In this document: piece after piece, positions 1 through 8,948 of the stretch | Position numbering within the stretch: position 1 is the stretch's first letter | How the letters are laid out: each line of letters starts with the position of its first letter | Source: Mycolicibacterium smegmatis | GTDB lineage: Bacteria > Actinomycetota > Actinomycetes > Mycobacteriales > Mycobacteriaceae | Length of the DNA: 32,000 nucleotides | Direction of reading: 5' to 3' | Assembly (NCBI RefSeq): GCF_001457595.1 | Contig: NZ_LN831039.1 | Span: 5,610,001 to 5,642,000 of the forward strand | The notes under the pieces: model-generated | What the model was told of the DNA's origin: nothing | The model's database searches: none | Seen by the model: only the letters and a program-made list of their open reading frames with translations | Translations under genes and position numbers: made by a program

Positions 1-1208
1 GTCCAGTTGTTGGGGTCGTCACCGTCGGCGTCGAGCGCGTCGCGCTGCTGCAGGAGCAGACCGCCACTGATCTGGCGCACCTCGGTGCCGCCGATGGGCG
101 GTTGTGAGGCCACCAGGATGCGGATGTTCTTCTTGCGGGCGAGCACCTCGACCGCGCCGGGTTCGTAGGCCGGCGCGATGATCACCTCGGTGAAGATCTC
201 CGAAATGGTCTCGGCCATCTCGACACTCACCTCGGTGTTGGCCGCGATGACGCCACCGAACGCGCTCAGCGGGTCGCACTCGTGGGCCTTGCGGTGCGCG
301 TCGGCCACCGATGTCGACGAGATCGCGATGCCACAGGGGTTGGCATGCTTGATGATCGCCACGCACGTCTGCTCGTGGTCGAACGCAGCGCGCCACGCCG
401 CGTCGGCATCCGTGTAGTTGTTGTAGGACATCTCCTTGCCGTGCAACTGCTCGGCCTGCGCCAGACCGGGCCACGCCGCGTTGTCGCGGTACACCGCGGC
501 CTTCTGGTGCGGGTTCTCGCCGTAGCGCAGCACCGCGGCGCGGTGCCACGTACCGGCGAACCACTGCGGCAGCGACGGTTCGACGGCTCCACCTTCGGCG
601 GAGCCCTCCTCCGGCGACAGCGTCGAGCCCATCCAGCTCGCGACCGCGACGTCGTACTCGGCGGTGTGGCGGAACGCCACCGATGCCAACTTCTTTCGCT
701 CGGCGAGCGTGAAGCCGCCGGCACGCACCGCGGCGAGCACGCCGTCGTAGCCCAGCGGGTCGACGACCACCGCGACGCTCGGGTGGTTCTTGGCCGCAGC
801 GCGCACCATCGACGGTCCGCCGATGTCGATCTGCTCGACGCACTCGTCCACCGACGCCCCGGAGGCCACGGTCTCGCTGAACGGATAGAGGTTCACCACC
901 ACCAGTTCGAACGCCTCGACGTCGAGTTCCTTGAGCGCCGCGAGATGTTCGGGCTTGCGGGTGTCGGCGAGCAACCCTGCGTGAACGCGCGGGTGCAGCG
1001 TCTTGACCCGGCCGTCGAGCACCTCGGGGAAACCGGTGACCTGTTCCACCGGCGTCACCGGAACACCGGCGGCGGCAATGGTTTTCGCGGTCGAGCCGGT
1101 GGAGACGATCGCGACGCCGGCCTGGTGCAGGCCGCGCGCCAGATCGGCGAGACCGGTCTTGTCGTAGACACTGATCAGGGCCCGCCGGACCGGTTTCTTG
1201 TCGCTCAT
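1..1208 (-). CDS. purH: Bifunctional phosphoribosylaminoimidazolecarboxamide formyltransferase/IMP cyclohydrolase, partial (C-terminus beyond the left edge)
   Basis: Minus-strand translation starts [44 protein letters not shown] and later contains [12 protein letters not shown] and [13 protein letters not shown], typical of PurH. ATG at 1206-1208; open to position 1. Confidence 0.97.
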   Translation of the reverse strand, partial: MSDKKPVRRALISVYDKTGLADLARGLHQAGVAIVSTGSTAKTIAAAGVPVTPVEQVTGFPEVLDGRVKTLHPRVHAGLLADTRKPEHLAALKELDVEAFELVVVNLYPFSETVASGASVDECVEQIDIGGPSMVRAAAKNHPSVAVVVDPLGYDGVLAAVRAGGFTLAERKKLASVAFRHTAEYDVAVASWMGSTLSPEEGSAEGGAVEPSLPQWFAGTWHRAAVLRYGENPHQKAAVYRDNAAWPGLAQAEQLHGKEMSYNNYTDADAAWRAAFDHEQTCVAIIKHANPCGIAISSTSVADAHRKAHECDPLSAFGGVIAANTEVSVEMAETISEIFTEVIIAPAYEPGAVEVLARKKNIRILVASQPPIGGTEVRQISGGLLLQQRDALDADGDDPNNW

Positions 1209-1218
1209 CGATGTCTCC

Positions 1219-1872
1219 TCATCCGAAGGTCGCCTTTCGTCCTGTCCAGATCACGCCGCGTGTCGCCAGCGCTGCCAGCACGTCCACCAGGAGCCGTCGT
1301 TCGACGACCTTGATGCGTTCGTGCAGAGTCTCTTCGGTGTCATCGTCGTCGATCTCGACGACCTGCTGGGCCAGAATCGGCCCGGTGTCGACGCCCGAAT
1401 CCACCAGGTGCACCGTGCACCCGGTGACCCGCACGCCGTAGTTGAGCGCCTCTCGTACCGCGTGGGCGCCGGGGAACGCGGGCAGCAGGGCCGGATGGGT
1501 GTTGACCACGCGACCCGGGAAACGGGAGAGGAATTCGGCGCCGAGGATCTTCATGAACCCGGCGGAGACCACCAGATCCGGGTGGTGCTCGGCGGTGGCG
1601 GCGGTCAGCGCAGCGTCCCAGGCCGCGCGATCGGCATGGTCTGCGAGGCGCACCGTGTACGTAGGCACGTCCGCGGCGGCGGCGACGTCGAGGGCCGCGC
1701 ATTTGCGGTCGGTGCCCACAGCGACCACCCGCGCGGGGTATTCGCCCGTGGCGGCTTCCAGTAGCGACGCGAGCAACGATCCGGCGCCTGAAGCAAGCAC
1801 CACCAGCCGTGCCGGTGCACTCGGAGGCACTCGTAGTGGTTGCTGCACTCGCAGCAGCCTAGTCCTCTGCAT
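1219..1872 (-). CDS. purN: Phosphoribosylglycinamide formyltransferase
   Basis: Translation contains [50 protein letters not shown] and [18 protein letters not shown] (GART signatures). Directly upstream of purH. ATG at 1872 gives a normal PurN length; the longer ORF extension overlaps perM. Confidence 0.93.
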   Translation of the reverse strand: MQRTRLLRVQQPLRVPPSAPARLVVLASGAGSLLASLLEAATGEYPARVVAVGTDRKCAALDVAAAADVPTYTVRLADHADRAAWDAALTAATAEHHPDLVVSAGFMKILGAEFLSRFPGRVVNTHPALLPAFPGAHAVREALNYGVRVTGCTVHLVDSGVDTGPILAQQVVEIDDDDTEETLHERIKVVERRLLVDVLAALATRGVIWTGRKATFG

Positions 1873-3322
1873 TGCGCGGTTTATCGCCGGACACTTCTTC
1901 GTCACCGAACTCGTCGACGAAGAAGTGGTCCTCGGGGTCCTCGTCGAGCAGGTCGCGCGGCGAGCGGGGCGCGACGGGCGCGCCGGCGTCGTCGTCGGTC
2001 TCAGCGGGCTCGGGCGGTTCGTCGGCGTGCCACGAGACCAGCGGCTCTTCCGGGGTCTCCTCGTACGGTTCGTCCCCGAACGGCTCGTCGTCGGGTTCGT
2101 CGGCTTCTGCCGGTTCGCCGAGTACCTCGCCCGGTACGACGGGTTCGGGTTCGGGCTCGGGTGCAGGGGGCGGGGCGGCAGGCGCGACCCGCACACGGCG
2201 GACGATGCCGCCGCTCATCACGACCGTCAGCCCGCCGATGCCGACGAACCACAGGAACACCGCGGGCCCGAAGGTGGACTGGTCGACGCCGACGTGACCG
2301 AAGTTCCCGAGCCTGCCGCTGCCCGCGTAGCCGAGCAGCGCCATCGTCACCGCCGAGATGAGCGACGCCACGATCAGCTTGGCCAGCGCCGCGAACGGCG
2401 TGAGCGGCCGCGCCGCACACTGCTGGCCGAGCGCGACGGCCGAGGCCGCGCCGACGATCAGCAGGGCCACCCACACCGGGCCCAGCGGCGGCGTCGGCGC
2501 CGCGGCCAGCACCGGCACGGCCGGGATGTCGCCGCCGAACACCGTGAACGAACTGAACGTCGCGAGCCCGATGTGGGCACTGGAGCCGACGGCGATCGCC
2601 GAGGTGCCGACGATGACATTGGGGATGTACAGCACCGACAGCCCGGTGAGGCTGAGCTGCCCGAACACCGTGTCGGTGATCGCGAACAAATCGTGCATGG
2701 TGCCCCAGTGCACGACGAGCGATCCGGCCGTCACGATTCCGGACAACGCGAACAGCGCGAGCACACCCGCGGATGCGGCACGAACCGCGTCGGGCAACCA
2801 CTTCGGGAGCGGCGACGCGGCCAGCGTGCGCCGCCCGATCTTGGTGCTGACGCCGATGAGCGCGCCGATCGCGTGCACAGCGAGGACGCCGCCGAAGGCC
2901 CGCAGCGCGCTCGGGGTCTGCAGTTCGGTGATCACCGAGGCCGCGTCGTGGATCACGGCGAGCAGCAGCGCCGCGATCAGCAGCGGACCGCCGAGCGCGG
3001 ACGCGACCACCCAGCGCGTGACGAACCACGACGAGTTCGGGGCTGTCGCAGCCGCGGTGGTCTTCGCGGTCCCCCACACCATCGCGAGGACCGGCAGCAA
3101 CGGCATGACGCCCAGCTCGCGGCCACCGATCGAGACGGGGACCTGATGCACGCCCAGCCACATGCTGGCGATCGCGCCGAACGCGCCCGTCATGTCGCTG
3201 TTGGCGATGACCAGCTGCAACAGGACGACAGCGGCGATGATCACCAACGCCACGACGGACGGCCCGAACGCGACCCGAAGCAGCTCACGTGCCTGGCGTG
3301 TGCCGACTGGCCCGTTGTTCAC
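1859..3322 (-). CDS. perM: DUF6350 multi-pass membrane protein, PerM-like (Rv0955-type)
   Basis: 487-aa ORF with many hydrophobic segments and an acidic/proline-rich C-terminal tail, immediately upstream of purN as in other mycobacteria. Confidence 0.85.
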   Translation of the reverse strand: MNNGPVGTRQARELLRVAFGPSVVALVIIAAVVLLQLVIANSDMTGAFGAIASMWLGVHQVPVSIGGRELGVMPLLPVLAMVWGTAKTTAAATAPNSSWFVTRWVVASALGGPLLIAALLLAVIHDAASVITELQTPSALRAFGGVLAVHAIGALIGVSTKIGRRTLAASPLPKWLPDAVRAASAGVLALFALSGIVTAGSLVVHWGTMHDLFAITDTVFGQLSLTGLSVLYIPNVIVGTSAIAVGSSAHIGLATFSSFTVFGGDIPAVPVLAAAPTPPLGPVWVALLIVGAASAVALGQQCAARPLTPFAALAKLIVASLISAVTMALLGYAGSGRLGNFGHVGVDQSTFGPAVFLWFVGIGGLTVVMSGGIVRRVRVAPAAPPPAPEPEPEPVVPGEVLGEPAEADEPDDEPFGDEPYEETPEEPLVSWHADEPPEPAETDDDAGAPVAPRSPRDLLDEDPEDHFFVDEFGDEEVSGDKPRNAED

Positions 3323-3382
3323 TAGCTAAGCCGCTCCTCGCCGATGATCCGCGCGCACAAGTCGCAGCACGCGCGGATCAGC

Positions 3383-4282
3383 TTACGACGACGACTGGCC
3401 GGATTGCGGTGAGGACGGCTGCTGTCCGGGCTGTTGCTGCTGCGGCTGAGCCGGGACCTGCGACGTCGGCGCGGACGACGGACCGGACGACTGCTGCGGC
3501 TGGCCGTATGTCGGGAAGCCGGTGGGAGGCGTCGGCGGGCCGCTCTGCTGACCGTGCTGCTGACCGCCCGGCTGCGAGCCCGGCGTCGGGAAACCGCCCG
3601 TGGACGGGCCTGCCGAGTAGCCGCCGTACTGCGACGGGTAACCGGGGCGCTGCCCCTGCTGGTAGGACGGCTGCCCCTGCTGCTGGCCGGGCTGTTGTCC
3701 GTGCTGACCGGGCTGCTGGCCAGGCTGCTGACCAGGCTGCTGACCGTAGTACTGCGACGGGGCCCCGTACTGGCCGTACTGCGGCTGCTGCTCGTAGGCC
3801 GGCTTCGGCGGCGGCGGGGTGAGGATGCCCGAGTCGAACAGCAGCACCGTCAGGGCAGCGCCTGCCTGGATCAGCGTGAGCACCAGGATCGTGATGAACG
3901 CCCAACCGGAATCGCTTCCGGCGAGGATCACCAGGTACACCGACTGCAGGAACGCGACCAGCGCGAGCACCGAGGCGACACCCGCGTGGTTCTTCTGCTT
4001 GGGAAGCAGGCTCACGCCGGCCAGCAGGGCGCCGGCCAGGGCGGCCACCACGATCACCTGCACGATGGGTGCGCCGACGGCGAACTGCGCGTCCTCGATG
4101 CCGTAGCTGACGAAGTAGGCGATCAGGCCGGCGGCCGCCGCGACGCCGAGCAGGATCTGCGGCAGGCTGCTCTCCCCCGCGGGGGCGGTTTCGGCCGGCT
4201 TGCCGAACGGCTGGGTAGCGCCGTACTGGGACCCCGATTGCGGCGCGGGCGGATATCCGGGGCTACTTGGCGGGTAGGTCAT
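3383..4282 (-). CDS. DUF5336-type membrane protein with a Pro/Gln/Gly-rich tail (Rv0954-like)
   Basis: ATG at 4280-4282: MTYPPSSPGYPPAPQSGSQYG..., four hydrophobic segments, then a low-complexity QQPGQQPGQQPGQ tail. Synteny with perM. Confidence 0.8.
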   Translation of the reverse strand: MTYPPSSPGYPPAPQSGSQYGATQPFGKPAETAPAGESSLPQILLGVAAAAGLIAYFVSYGIEDAQFAVGAPIVQVIVVAALAGALLAGVSLLPKQKNHAGVASVLALVAFLQSVYLVILAGSDSGWAFITILVLTLIQAGAALTVLLFDSGILTPPPPKPAYEQQPQYGQYGAPSQYYGQQPGQQPGQQPGQHGQQPGQQQGQPSYQQGQRPGYPSQYGGYSAGPSTGGFPTPGSQPGGQQHGQQSGPPTPPTGFPTYGQPQQSSGPSSAPTSQVPAQPQQQQPGQQPSSPQSGQSSS

Positions 4283-4428
4283 GACCTCTCCTGTGCTGAT
4301 CGAGCGTCGCGTCGTGCATTCCACGCAGGCATGGATGCGGACCTGGTACGGACCACGTAAGCGATCGAGACTCCACGCTAGCGCACACAAGTGGACCCGG
4401 AGCACACGCTCTCGGTGTCAGGCAGGTC

Positions 4429-5559
4429 TCAAGCTGATACCAGTACGGGTTCGTCGGCCGAATTCTGTTCGGACGCCTCGATTTCACGGACCAGCGGCAG
4501 CACCTTGGCGCCGAAGTACTCGATTTCCTCCTGGAAGTGCAGGAACCCGCCGAGGATCAGATCCGCACCGCGTTTGCGGTACGCCGCAATGCGTTCCGCG
4601 ATCTGCTCGGGCGTGCCGATGAGCTGCGTGCGGAAGCCGTCGTTGTACTGGACCAGGTCCTCGAACGTCGAATCGGCCCACATCCCCTTCTTGTCACCGG
4701 TCGAGTTGCCTGCCTGCTGCACCGCACTGCGGAAGCCTTCCACGGCGGGCTTGTTGGCCTTGGCGACGATCTCCCGCAGCACTTCCTTGGCTTCCTTTTC
4801 GGTGTCACGGGCGATGATGAAGCCGTTGAGCCCGAACTTCACCTCACGGTTGACGGTGCGGGCATGCTCACGCACGTCGACCACCTGCTCGGTGAACCCG
4901 TCGAAGTCCTTGCCGTTGGAGAAGTACCAGTCCGCATAGAGACCGCCGTTGCGCCGCGCGGCGGTGGAGTTGCCGCCCTGGAACAGTTCCGGATGCGGCC
5001 GGCCTGGGACGTCGACGGGCTTGGGCTTGAGGGTGAAGTCGTGGATGCGGTAGAAGTCGCCGCGGAAGTCCACGTTGTCCTCGGTCCAGATCTTGCGCAG
5101 GACCTGCAGGAACTCGGCGCTGCGCCGGTAACGCTCGTCGTGCTCGAGCCACGGCTCACCGAGGTGGATGAACTCGTCCTTGAACCACCCACTGACCACA
5201 TTGACCGCGAAGCGACCGTTGCTCAGGTGGTCGGCGGTCGCGCCGAGTTTCGCCAGCACTCCCGGCTGCCAGAGCCCGGGGTGCACCGCGGCGATCACCT
5301 TGAGGCGTTCGGTGGCCAGCAGCAGCGCGAGCGAAAAGCTCGTCGACTCGTGCTGGTACTCGGCGCCGTAGCTGGCCTCGTAGCGCACCTGGCTCAGCGC
5401 GTACTCGAATCCGTTGTTCTCCGCGGTCTGCGCGAGCTTCTTGTTGTACTCGTAGTTCCAGTCGGTGCGCTGTTCGATGTCGCTGGTGACCAGGCCGCCA
5501 CTGACGTTGGGCACCCAGTACGCGAACTTGATGTGGTCAGCAATGCGTTCGGTGGTCAT
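4429..5559 (-). CDS. sfnG: LLM-class flavin-dependent monooxygenase, SfnG-like dimethylsulfone monooxygenase
   Basis: KFAYWVPNVSGGLVTSDIEQRTDW, FAVNVVSGWFKDEF, WLEHDERYRRSAEFL, STFEDLVQYNDGFRTQLIGTP and GGFLHFQEEIEYFGAKVLPLVRE match the SfnG family as I know it. ATG chosen at 5557-5559. Confidence 0.85.
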   Translation of the reverse strand: MTTERIADHIKFAYWVPNVSGGLVTSDIEQRTDWNYEYNKKLAQTAENNGFEYALSQVRYEASYGAEYQHESTSFSLALLLATERLKVIAAVHPGLWQPGVLAKLGATADHLSNGRFAVNVVSGWFKDEFIHLGEPWLEHDERYRRSAEFLQVLRKIWTEDNVDFRGDFYRIHDFTLKPKPVDVPGRPHPELFQGGNSTAARRNGGLYADWYFSNGKDFDGFTEQVVDVREHARTVNREVKFGLNGFIIARDTEKEAKEVLREIVAKANKPAVEGFRSAVQQAGNSTGDKKGMWADSTFEDLVQYNDGFRTQLIGTPEQIAERIAAYRKRGADLILGGFLHFQEEIEYFGAKVLPLVREIEASEQNSADEPVLVSA

Positions 5560-5679
5560 GGGCTGACATCTCAGCAAAAGCCGATGCGGGTGTCACAGGT
5601 ATCACTCGCGCTGAACTTTTCTTGACAACCCCCGCCATCGGGTTGCCCCGACGATCGGCACGGCTATTGCCCCTCAGAC

Positions 5680-5693
5680 TGAAACACGTTCTA
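5680..5693. promoter_or_regulatory. Putative KstR-type operator (TGAAACACGTTCTA)
   Basis: Matches TnnAACnnGTTnnA; ends 9 nt before the ATG of the downstream LLM gene. Confidence 0.55.
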
Positions 5694-5702
5694 ATTCTGG
5701 TC

Positions 5703-6551
5703 ATGGACTACGGGCTCGTTCTCTTCACCAGCGACCGCGGCATCACGCCGGCCTCAGCCGCAAAACTCGCCGACGACCATGGCTTCACCACGTTCTACGT
5801 GCCTGAACACACCCACATCCCGATCAAGCGGGAGGCCGCCCACCCCACCACCGGTGACGAGTCCCTGCCCGACGACCGCTACATGCGCACGCTGGATCCG
5901 TGGGTGTCGCTGGGCACGGCCGCTGCCGTGACCTCGCGGGTGGGGTTGTCGACGGCCGTCGCGCTACCCGTCGAACACGACCCCATCACGCTGGCCAAGT
6001 CCATCGCGACACTGGACCACCTCTCCGGTGGGCGCGTATCGCTGGGTGTCGGTTTCGGTTGGAACACCGACGAACTCGCCGATCACAAGGTTCCGGCGGG
6101 CCGGCGCCGCACGATGCTGCGTGAATACCTCGAGGCCATGCGGGCGCTGTGGACACAGGAAGAGGCCTCGTACGACGGGGAATTCGTGAACTTCGGCCCG
6201 TCATGGGCGTGGCCCAAGCCGGTGCAGGCACACATCCCCGTTCTGGTGGGCGCGGCCGGGAACGAGAAGAACTTCAAGTGGATCGCCCGCAGCGCCGACG
6301 GCTGGATCACCACGCCCCGCGACTTCGACATCGACGAGCCCGTCAAACTGCTGCAGGACATCTGGGCCGCGGCCGGACGTGAGGGTGCCCCGCAGATCCG
6401 GGCGCTGGACTACAAGCCCGACGCCGAAAAGCTCGCCCACTGGCGCGATCTCGGCGTCACCGAGGTGGTGTTCGGCCTGCCCGACAAGTCGGAGGCCGAG
6501 GTCGCGGCGTACGTCGAGCGGTTGGCGGGCAAGCTCTCCGCGCTGGTCTAG
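5703..6551 (+). CDS. LLM-class F420-dependent oxidoreductase (Rv0953c-like)
   Basis: MDYGLVLFTSDRGITPASAAKLADDHGFTTFYVPEHTHIP..., GRVSLGVGFGWNTDEL, VLVGAAGNEKNFKWIARSADGWITTP: typical LLM TIM-barrel motifs. The upstream in-frame start at 5622 is less likely. Confidence 0.85.
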   Translation: MDYGLVLFTSDRGITPASAAKLADDHGFTTFYVPEHTHIPIKREAAHPTTGDESLPDDRYMRTLDPWVSLGTAAAVTSRVGLSTAVALPVEHDPITLAKSIATLDHLSGGRVSLGVGFGWNTDELADHKVPAGRRRTMLREYLEAMRALWTQEEASYDGEFVNFGPSWAWPKPVQAHIPVLVGAAGNEKNFKWIARSADGWITTPRDFDIDEPVKLLQDIWAAAGREGAPQIRALDYKPDAEKLAHWRDLGVTEVVFGLPDKSEAEVAAYVERLAGKLSALV

Positions 6552-6553
6552 CG

Positions 6554-8077
6554 TTACGCCAGTACGGCGCGGTTGCTCTTCTCGCCGGGGGTGACGACGA
6601 TCTTCGCGCCGATCGGGTCGCCCTCGCTGAGCAGCTTGACCAGGTCCTCGTCCTTGGTCTTGGCCAGGAAGCGGCTGCCGTCGTCGAGACGGCCGATGAT
6701 GATGCCGGTGTGCGGCGTCCAGTCGTAGCGCACGGTGTAGGTCTCGATGGTGCCTGTGCCGTCGGCCTTCTCGGTGATGGCGACCTTGGGCTGCGCGTCG
6801 TGCTCGGCCTGCAGTTGCGCGCTGTTGTCGGCGACCCAGTCGGCGGGCTCGGTCGAGTAGATGCCCACCGAGTACTTGCTGGCGATGCCGCCGTTGGCGC
6901 CGACGAGCGCGAACTGACCGGGCTTGTCACGCATCTCGTTGACCGCCTCGGCGATGCCGTGCATCGAGTAGTTGTTGCCCGGGCCGCCGAAGAACGGCAG
7001 TCCGCCGGTGAGAGTGAGGCCACGCGGGTCGTCGGTGGCCAGCCCTGTGCCGTCGCAGATGTTGAACACCGGGAACGGGAAGCAGCTGTACAGATCGAAG
7101 GCCGCCACGTCGTCCAAGCCGATACCGGCCACGCGCAGCGCCTCGTTCACCGCGGTCACCGAGGCCGGGCTGGCACCGATGTCGGCGCGCTCCAGCAGCT
7201 TGGGCTCCTTCATGTCGGCGTGCCCGCGCAGGTACACCCACTTCTCTTCGGGCACACCGAGTTTGCGTGCGGATTCCACCGACATCATCAGCAGCGCGGC
7301 ACCCTGGTTCACCTGGTCGCGCGCGACCATCAGACGCGGGTAGGGGTCGACGATCATGCGATTCGATGCAGTGACGGTGAGCAGTTCCTCGACCGAGCGC
7401 TCCGTCGGCGCCGACGAATACGGGTTCTTGGCGGCCACTTTCGAGAACGGGGCAAACAGCTCGGCCATCGCGAGGCGATAGTCGGCAACCGAGAGGCCCA
7501 GGCGGGCGCGGCGGGCGTTCTCCAGAAGGCCGTACTGCACCGGGGCACCGATCAGGCCGTGGCGGATCGTGTACTCGTCGAAGATTCCGTCGTACCCGTA
7601 GCCGCGGTCCTCCAACTGCCCGTCGACGGTCTCGGAGTGGTCCGGCTTGTTCTCGGCCTTGGAGAAGTGGCGCAGCGTGGAGGTGTTCTCCGAGCCGAAG
7701 ATCAGCACGACGTCGTTCTCACCGGCCGCGATCTTGCCGCCGAACTCCGTCGCGAGGTGCTGCGGGCTCTGCCCGCCGATCACCTCGAGCACGGCATGGG
7801 CCGGGTCGGCGCCGATGTTGCGCGCGACCGAGCGCGGGTAGTTGCTGGAGACGCCGAGCGGGGCCGATGCCGGGCCGGAGATCTCGAACTGCCGGGTACC
7901 TGCCACGGTGTCGATGGCGCGCGCCACGGTATCCGCGTCGGCCCCGCAGTCATGCAGGGCGGCCTTCGCGGCCTCGGTCGCCAGCTCGACCGACGACATG
8001 CCCCGATAACCGTCGAGATCGATGCGTTCGGTGAACTGTCCCACGCCGACGATGACAGGCGTACGCGGATCGACCAT
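6554..8077 (-). CDS. Acetyl-CoA acetyltransferase (thiolase-like superfamily)
   Basis: MVDPRTPVIVGVGQFTERI...SSVELATEAAKAAL...; C-terminal ALVGANGGIASKYSVGIYSTEP. A strong RBS (AGGAGG) lies about 6 nt upstream of ATG 8077. Confidence 0.85.
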   Translation of the reverse strand: MVDPRTPVIVGVGQFTERIDLDGYRGMSSVELATEAAKAALHDCGADADTVARAIDTVAGTRQFEISGPASAPLGVSSNYPRSVARNIGADPAHAVLEVIGGQSPQHLATEFGGKIAAGENDVVLIFGSENTSTLRHFSKAENKPDHSETVDGQLEDRGYGYDGIFDEYTIRHGLIGAPVQYGLLENARRARLGLSVADYRLAMAELFAPFSKVAAKNPYSSAPTERSVEELLTVTASNRMIVDPYPRLMVARDQVNQGAALLMMSVESARKLGVPEEKWVYLRGHADMKEPKLLERADIGASPASVTAVNEALRVAGIGLDDVAAFDLYSCFPFPVFNICDGTGLATDDPRGLTLTGGLPFFGGPGNNYSMHGIAEAVNEMRDKPGQFALVGANGGIASKYSVGIYSTEPADWVADNSAQLQAEHDAQPKVAITEKADGTGTIETYTVRYDWTPHTGIIIGRLDDGSRFLAKTKDEDLVKLLSEGDPIGAKIVVTPGEKSNRAVLA

Positions 8078-8088
8078 GTGCAACCTCC

Positions 8089-8102
8089 TTGACAGGTGTC
8101 AA
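8089..8102. promoter_or_regulatory. Inverted repeat TTGACA-GG-TGTCAA upstream of the acetyl-CoA acetyltransferase gene
   Basis: 6-bp perfect arms with a 2-nt spacer, overlapping the RBS-proximal leader of the minus-strand gene. Confidence 0.35.
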
Positions 8103-8215
8103 TTCGCCAGGCTAACCGAACGCCGTCCAGACGCAAAACTGTCGCTTCCCGCGCCGAAAAGGTCAGGTTTACGTCTGCTCGCGAGGGGATCGCACCCGGC
8201 ATCCCTTGCCAAACC

Positions 8216-8254
8216 TGTCACTTAGTGACACTGTGGAGCTGTCACTAAGTGACA
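8216..8254. promoter_or_regulatory. Twin palindromic operator adjacent to the TetR start codon
   Basis: TGTCACTTAGTGACA (8216-8230) and its exact reverse complement TGTCACTAAGTGACA (8240-8254), each with 7-bp arms, centres 24 bp apart, just before the RBS and GTG. Confidence 0.75.
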
Positions 8255-8258
8255 GGAG

Positions 8259-8876
8259 GTGAGCATCAGCGAGAAACAAGAGCAGGCCCGTCTCGACGTG
8301 TCACGGCACGCCTGCAAGCTGTTCTGGGAACGCGGGGTCTCCGGCACCAGCGGCGACGACATCGCCGCGGCGTGCGGGCTGTCGACGCGCACGATCTGGC
8401 GGTACTTCCGCTCGAAGGAGAGTTGTGTCGAACCACTGCTCGCACGGTCGGCCGAGCGGTTCATCGAGGTCCTCCGACGGTGGCCACACGAGCTGTCATT
8501 GTCGGAACACCTTGCCGTGAACAACTATTCACACCCGTTCTCACCACAGGACATCGAGGACGAGATCAGCGCGATGCGTATCGCGACCATGACCTCGTCC
8601 GAGCCTGCCCTGCGCACCGCGTATCTGATGGTCCACGACCAGATGGAACGAGGCTTCATCCCGGTGATCGCCGACCGGTTGGGCCTCCCCGAAACCGACC
8701 TCACCGTGCGACTGAGCGCGGCCGCGGTCACCGGGGCGTTCCGCGTGGTCGACGAGGACGTCAGCCGGGCAGTGATCGTCGACGGTGAGAACGTCACCGA
8801 AGAACAGACACTGGCACTCATCGACCGCGCAATCCGCGAAGCCACCAACGGCCGCCTCGGCGGACCCGTCACCTGA
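8259..8876 (+). CDS. TetR/AcrR family transcriptional regulator
   Basis: N-terminal HTH: RHACKLFWERGVSGTSGDDIAAACGLSTRTIWRYFRSKESC. GTG start at 8259 preceded by AGGAGG. Confidence 0.9.
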   Translation: MSISEKQEQARLDVSRHACKLFWERGVSGTSGDDIAAACGLSTRTIWRYFRSKESCVEPLLARSAERFIEVLRRWPHELSLSEHLAVNNYSHPFSPQDIEDEISAMRIATMTSSEPALRTAYLMVHDQMERGFIPVIADRLGLPETDLTVRLSAAAVTGAFRVVDEDVSRAVIVDGENVTEEQTLALIDRAIREATNGRLGGPVT

Positions 8877-8948
8877 TCCACCCGCACCATCCCGGACCTG
8901 CACCCCAGGCCCGGTGCTCGACGCCGCCCACCATCCGGAAGGACCATC

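Noticed and set aside
1442-3325. Long plus-strand ORF (627 aa) opposite perM/purN
   Set aside because: High-GC antisense shadow ORF with low-complexity Arg/His/Asp composition. The opposite strand encodes recognisable PurN and PerM.
3383-3830. CAG/CCG-rich low-complexity tract that could be read as a DNA repeat array
   Set aside because: It is the coding sequence of the Gln/Pro/Gly-rich tail of the DUF5336-type protein, with irregular units.
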